Source: Gammaproteobacteria bacterium
GTDB lineage: Bacteria > Pseudomonadota > Gammaproteobacteria > UBA4575
Assembly (NCBI GenBank): GCA_965222615.1
Contig: CBDCUI010000009.1
Span: 480,001-544,000 of the forward strand
Reading direction: 5' to 3'
Length of the DNA stretch: 64,000 nucleotides
In this document: one piece after another, positions 60,153 to 64,000 of the stretch
How the letters are laid out: each line of letters begins with the position of its first letter
How positions within the stretch are numbered: position 1 is the stretch's first letter
Made by a program: the position numbers and the translations under genes
Notes under the pieces: model-generated
What the model was told of the DNA's origin: nothing
Seen by the model: the letters and a program-made list of their open reading frames with translations, nothing else
The model's database searches: none

Positions 60153-61589
60153 TCAAATTTGAATATACTTTGCACACACAATGATTGCCAAAAAGCCCAC
60201 CCCGATCATTTGGCTTACTTTGTCTTTGATTGCAAATAGCACTGGGTCAGTCGATACTTTTCCCCGACGTGCTTGTACCCAAATGCGATTACCCCAATAA
60301 AGCATTAACAGACACATAAACCAAAGCAAGTTAGGAGAGTTATACACACTAGTAACTTCCTCACTACTAATATAAAGCGCAAGCACCAAAACGGATACTG
60401 TCATACTAGCTATACCAAGAGTAAACATAGCTTCTCTATCAGAGGCAGTGTAACCGCGACCAAGTGCTTGATCAGTGTCTTCTGCAAAATTAAAAAGTTC
60501 AACATAACGCTTCAAATAGGCAAGGCTGACAAAGATAAAGACAGAAAATGCAAGCAACCATGAAGACAATTCAACACTAATCGCCGCAGCGCCAGCTACT
60601 ACACGAATAGCATAGAGCACAGCTAAAGTCATCACATCAGCAGTATGCACTTTCTTTAAAAAAAATGTGTATGCATTTGAAAAAAGATAGTAAACAAAAA
60701 GAGTTATAAAAAATGGAATGGGCAACCAAACCCAGGCCAGTGTAAACGCAATTGCTGGCAAGATAATTGCGCCAGCAATACCAATTGGTAGTGGCAGCTC
60801 ACCTGAAGCCAATGGCCTAAAGCGCTTTAATACATGTCTACGATCTGCCTCTAGATCTAGCATATCATTCAGAAAATACACACCAGAAGCACATAAACTA
60901 AAACATATAAATGCTAATGAAGCAGCGATTAGTGAATTACTATTAAGATAAGTATGGGAAGTAAATAAAGGAACAAAGATTAATACATTTTTTGCCCATT
61001 GGTGAAGTCGCATTCCCTTGAGTACACTGAGCCCGAGTGATTGATTTCGAGTAATTATTTTCTCAGTTTTGCCCATGGAGTTTGCAAGCTCTACATCTTT
61101 ATTAGGTGCATTTACAAAAATGCATGAATGAGCCGCATTCCAAATGGGGCGATCTGCAGAACTGTCGCCCGCGTAGACAAAGTTCTCATTGCTAGTAATT
61201 TCATGAATTGCTTCCAGCTTTCTTTTGCCTTTGTAATTATTATTTTTATCTGACGCAATAACTTTATCAAAAAGTCCTAAAAATTTCGCAACTTTATCTG
61301 CATAACGGTGATTTGAAGCAGTAGTTAAGATAAGTATTTTTTTTTGTTCTTTTTGCTTCTTTAAATAATCAATAAGTTCAGATTCATAGGGTAAATGGTC
61401 AACATTAAGTTCCACTCTTCTCGCAACCTTATCTTTGGCAACAGATCTTCCTTGTAATATCCAGAATATGACTTGAATAATAGCGAAGGGATTCTGTTTT
61501 ATAAGTATTAGTATCGACTCAACAAACAAGTCAGTACGTATTAGTGTTCCATCAAGATCCACAAAAATGTATTTAAAGTCTTTTTTCAT
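60153..61589 (-). CDS. HAD phosphatase-UbiA fusion (polyprenyl-phosphate phosphoribosyltransferase-like)
   Basis: N-terminal DLDGTL and YAGDS HAD motifs; C-terminal RLHQWAKN, NDMLDLEADRRH, RPLASG, KRYVE, DP motifs. Confidence 0.9.
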   Translation of the reverse strand: MKKDFKYIFVDLDGTLIRTDLFVESILILIKQNPFAIIQVIFWILQGRSVAKDKVARRVELNVDHLPYESELIDYLKKQKEQKKILILTTASNHRYADKVAKFLGLFDKVIASDKNNNYKGKRKLEAIHEITSNENFVYAGDSSADRPIWNAAHSCIFVNAPNKDVELANSMGKTEKIITRNQSLGLSVLKGMRLHQWAKNVLIFVPLFTSHTYLNSNSLIAASLAFICFSLCASGVYFLNDMLDLEADRRHVLKRFRPLASGELPLPIGIAGAIILPAIAFTLAWVWLPIPFFITLFVYYLFSNAYTFFLKKVHTADVMTLAVLYAIRVVAGAAAISVELSSWLLAFSVFIFVSLAYLKRYVELFNFAEDTDQALGRGYTASDREAMFTLGIASMTVSVLVLALYISSEEVTSVYNSPNLLWFMCLLMLYWGNRIWVQARRGKVSTDPVLFAIKDKVSQMIGVGFLAIIVCAKYIQI

Positions 61590-61810
61590 TAACTGTTAAT
61601 TGATTAAATATACAGAACTTTACTAACAGTCAGTAGACATCAGTATTAAAAGTAGACATTATAAAATATTTATTTTTATCTAACATTGATTCCCATTGAA
61701 ATATTGAGTTCATACTTTAATACGTATGACTTTAATCACCTGATCTTTGTTATTGTTCGTAAGCAATCATGATGTTGGCTTGAAAATTATAGCTCACCGG
61801 GCTCGTTGAA

Positions 61811-62050
61811 CTACAACCATTCTATCAAGTAATAAATATATTGACCTTCTGAAGATTTAGATGGCCCCAATAGCTTTGCGGGAAAGTGCTTTGAATCTTT
61901 GTTTGGTTTGCTTAACGCCTCTTCCGCGCTTGCTTTGATTTCTACACAATTAGCCGAAAATCGATTGCGATTACGTTTAGGCACATACACTACCGCATAT
62001 TGAACTTTTGAAACGCCTCCTTCCGGATCCGGTGGCACCATTCCTTTCAT
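61811..62050 (-). CDS. Small hypothetical protein
   Basis: 79-aa ORF with GPSKSSEG..YYL..WL ending; function not recognised. Confidence 0.65.
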   Translation of the reverse strand: MKGMVPPDPEGGVSKVQYAVVYVPKRNRNRFSANCVEIKASAEEALSKPNKDSKHFPAKLLGPSKSSEGQYIYYLIEWL

Positions 62051-62123
62051 TTAAAACGTGCCTTTTGATTTAATGCATTGTTGTAATTTTTTTTCGATGC
62101 TCATTTACTTACGAGCATGATAT

Positions 62124-62888
62124 TTATTCCTTAAGTTTGATTTGTAACTTTCCATCTTGCACATTCATATACTCAACTCCTGCAGCAAATGTCTTCCAAA
62201 AGCCACTTTCAAGTCCAAACTCTTGTATTAGATCTACATTTTTCAAGTTACCTAACCAGGCATTGGGAATAGGCACACCCATAATGCTGACACCTTTTAG
62301 AATTACTACCGGTCTGTCATTGGCAAACGATAATCCTAACCCAGTATTCACACGTAAAGTTTTTCCGCCAAATATTGGGAAATCAGGATCCATTGGAATA
62401 ATCATTTTTGCACTGGCAAGATCATCAGATAAATCGATTGCGACACGCTTTGCTAAATCAGTGTTGTTTGCCAACATGGCATTAAGTTCTTTTTCAGTAA
62501 AGTTAATTACACGCTTACTCGCATCTTCTTTATATGGCTCAGGTGTGAGATCATATTCGTCTTCTACCGCTCCCTTCTCTTTATTTTTTGATTTTTTACT
62601 CCATAAATCTTTAGACCTTTTTGGTTCATTACTTGCAACCGTGGTATCAGGCTGAAAACCCAGAGCCTGCAATTTACCATTTAACTCTACTGTTTCAGAT
62701 TGTGTTAAAGAAACAGGTGTGAATTCCTTCGCAAATACATATCTTTGTAATACAAAATAAGTGCCTACGATTGCAACAAGTAATGTTAAAAATACAATGG
62801 TAAAAACTTGTTTACCGCTAAATCCTTTAGGTTTAACTGGTTCGTGCTCGATTTCGTTAATGCCTACATCGTTCATATTTCTCTCCAT
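62124..62888 (-). CDS. Hypothetical membrane-anchored protein
   Basis: Single N-terminal TM helix; FTEKELNAMLA, DPDFP..GGKTLR, GVPIPNAWLG; directly after cysS. Confidence 0.75.
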   Translation of the reverse strand: MERNMNDVGINEIEHEPVKPKGFSGKQVFTIVFLTLLVAIVGTYFVLQRYVFAKEFTPVSLTQSETVELNGKLQALGFQPDTTVASNEPKRSKDLWSKKSKNKEKGAVEDEYDLTPEPYKEDASKRVINFTEKELNAMLANNTDLAKRVAIDLSDDLASAKMIIPMDPDFPIFGGKTLRVNTGLGLSFANDRPVVILKGVSIMGVPIPNAWLGNLKNVDLIQEFGLESGFWKTFAAGVEYMNVQDGKLQIKLKE

Positions 62889-62893
62889 ATCTA

Positions 62894-64000
62894 TTAGAGC
62901 TTTCTCCACTCAGAAGTTCCATCCGGGTGATCTTGTATTTGCACTCCCATGGCAGTGAGTTTATCGCGTATTTCATCAGCTAATTCGAAATCTTTCTGTT
63001 TTTTTGCCAGTATTCTTGAATTCAGTAACTCTTGAATTTCTTTATCATCAAGTTCACCTATGCCACGGAACCAATCTGCTGGGTCTTGCTGTAATATGCC
63101 TAACATATTCCCGCAAGCGAGTAATTGTTTTTTAATATGTTTTCTGGATTTTATATCTTTCTCAATGTTGGCTTGTTTTGCTAATTTATGTAGCTCAGCA
63201 AAGGCAGCGGGAGTATTTAAATCATCCTTAAGTGCTTGTATAAATGCAGTTGGTACATCATCATCAGAAACCGTAACTTCTAACTCTTGTAAATCCTGTA
63301 AGGCACCATAAAGTCGATCGAGATTTCTAGAAGACTGCTGTAATGCATCATCAGTCCAATCTAACGGACTACGATAATGTGTACTTAACAAAGTAAAACG
63401 AATTGCTTCTCCAGGCGCCTGTCGAAGTAGATCATGTACCAATAAAACATTGCCAATAGATTTAGACATTTTTTCATGTTCTACATTGACAAAACCATTA
63501 TGCATCCAGTAACGACTAAATAAATTACCACTGTGAGCACATGTGCTTTGAGCTCTTTCATTTTCATGATGCGGAAAAACCAAATCTTGCCCACCACCAT
63601 GTATATCTATAGTTTCCCCAAGATGTTGTTCAATCATGGTTGAACACTCGATGTGCCAACCAGGCCGACCTTCACCCCACGGACTATTCCATGATGGCTG
63701 ATCTTTATCCGATGGCTTCCATAAAACAAAGTCTGCGGGATCTTTTTTGAAAGGTGCCACTTCTACACGCGCACCGGCAATCATTTCTTTCATATTGCGG
63801 CCGGACAATTTCCCATAATCAGAATAAGAAGGCACATGAAACAACACATGTCCTTCAACTTCGTAGGCATGTCCAGCAGCGACCAAACGCTTAATCATGT
63901 CAATGATTTGCGGCATATGGTCTGTTACTCGAGGCTCGATGGTTGGTGCTAATACACCCAACTCTGCCATATCTTGGTGATAAACTTGAATATAACGCGT
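62894..64000 (-). CDS. cysS: Cysteine--tRNA ligase, 5' part outside the window
   Basis: DFVLWK, GRPGWHIECS, DIHGGG, FPHHENE, KMSKS, DDLNTP; frame open past 64000. Confidence 0.97.
   Translation of the reverse strand, partial: TRYIQVYHQDMAELGVLAPTIEPRVTDHMPQIIDMIKRLVAAGHAYEVEGHVLFHVPSYSDYGKLSGRNMKEMIAGARVEVAPFKKDPADFVLWKPSDKDQPSWNSPWGEGRPGWHIECSTMIEQHLGETIDIHGGGQDLVFPHHENERAQSTCAHSGNLFSRYWMHNGFVNVEHEKMSKSIGNVLLVHDLLRQAPGEAIRFTLLSTHYRSPLDWTDDALQQSSRNLDRLYGALQDLQELEVTVSDDDVPTAFIQALKDDLNTPAAFAELHKLAKQANIEKDIKSRKHIKKQLLACGNMLGILQQDPADWFRGIGELDDKEIQELLNSRILAKKQKDFELADEIRDKLTAMGVQIQDHPDGTSEWRKL

Noticed and set aside
1-64000. CRISPR arrays, tRNA/rRNA genes, integrases, prophage genes
   Set aside because: No regularly spaced repeats, cloverleaf motifs or recombinase/phage proteins were recognised by eye; tRNAscan-SE and Infernal would be needed to exclude small RNAs.

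Overview
AT-rich bacterial chromosomal window, most likely from a marine-type gammaproteobacterium with tetrahydromethanopterin (H4MPT)/methylofuran-linked C1 metabolism. The C1 genes lie in three blocks: fhcBADC (5.9-10.6 kb), orf20-orf19-orf22/mfnB (28.7-31.6 kb) and mptG-mtdB-orfY-mch-orf5-(Na+/H+ antiporter)-orf7-fae-(PTPS fusion)-orf17-orf1-orf9-pabB-orf21 (43-57 kb). Housekeeping genes are sdhCDAB-sdhE-ygfX with divergent ygfZ, recJ-prfB (programmed +1 frameshift)-lysS and a partial cysS. An accessory region at 10.6-23.8 kb encodes surface-glycan modifiers, an OmpR-type two-component system, an atypical orphan response regulator and an LbtU-like porin, linked by six copies of an ATTACC-N4-GGTAAT palindrome. 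A HAD-UbiA / flippase / GT-C trio (58-61.6 kb) suggests lipid-linked pentose glycosylation. Most notable: (1) a zinc-finger + degenerate LAGLIDADG-like + variant PTPS (HGH to HGG) fusion gene directly downstream of fae; (2) three divergent copies of a roughly 120-130 bp nested palindromic intergenic element with conserved loops and covarying stems; (3) the palindrome-defined local regulon. Two pseudogenes were found by manual reading (pectin acetylesterase-like; AAMDC/Mth938 remnant). No tRNA, rRNA, CRISPR array, integrase or intact transposase was recognised. All family calls come from motif recognition, not database searches.
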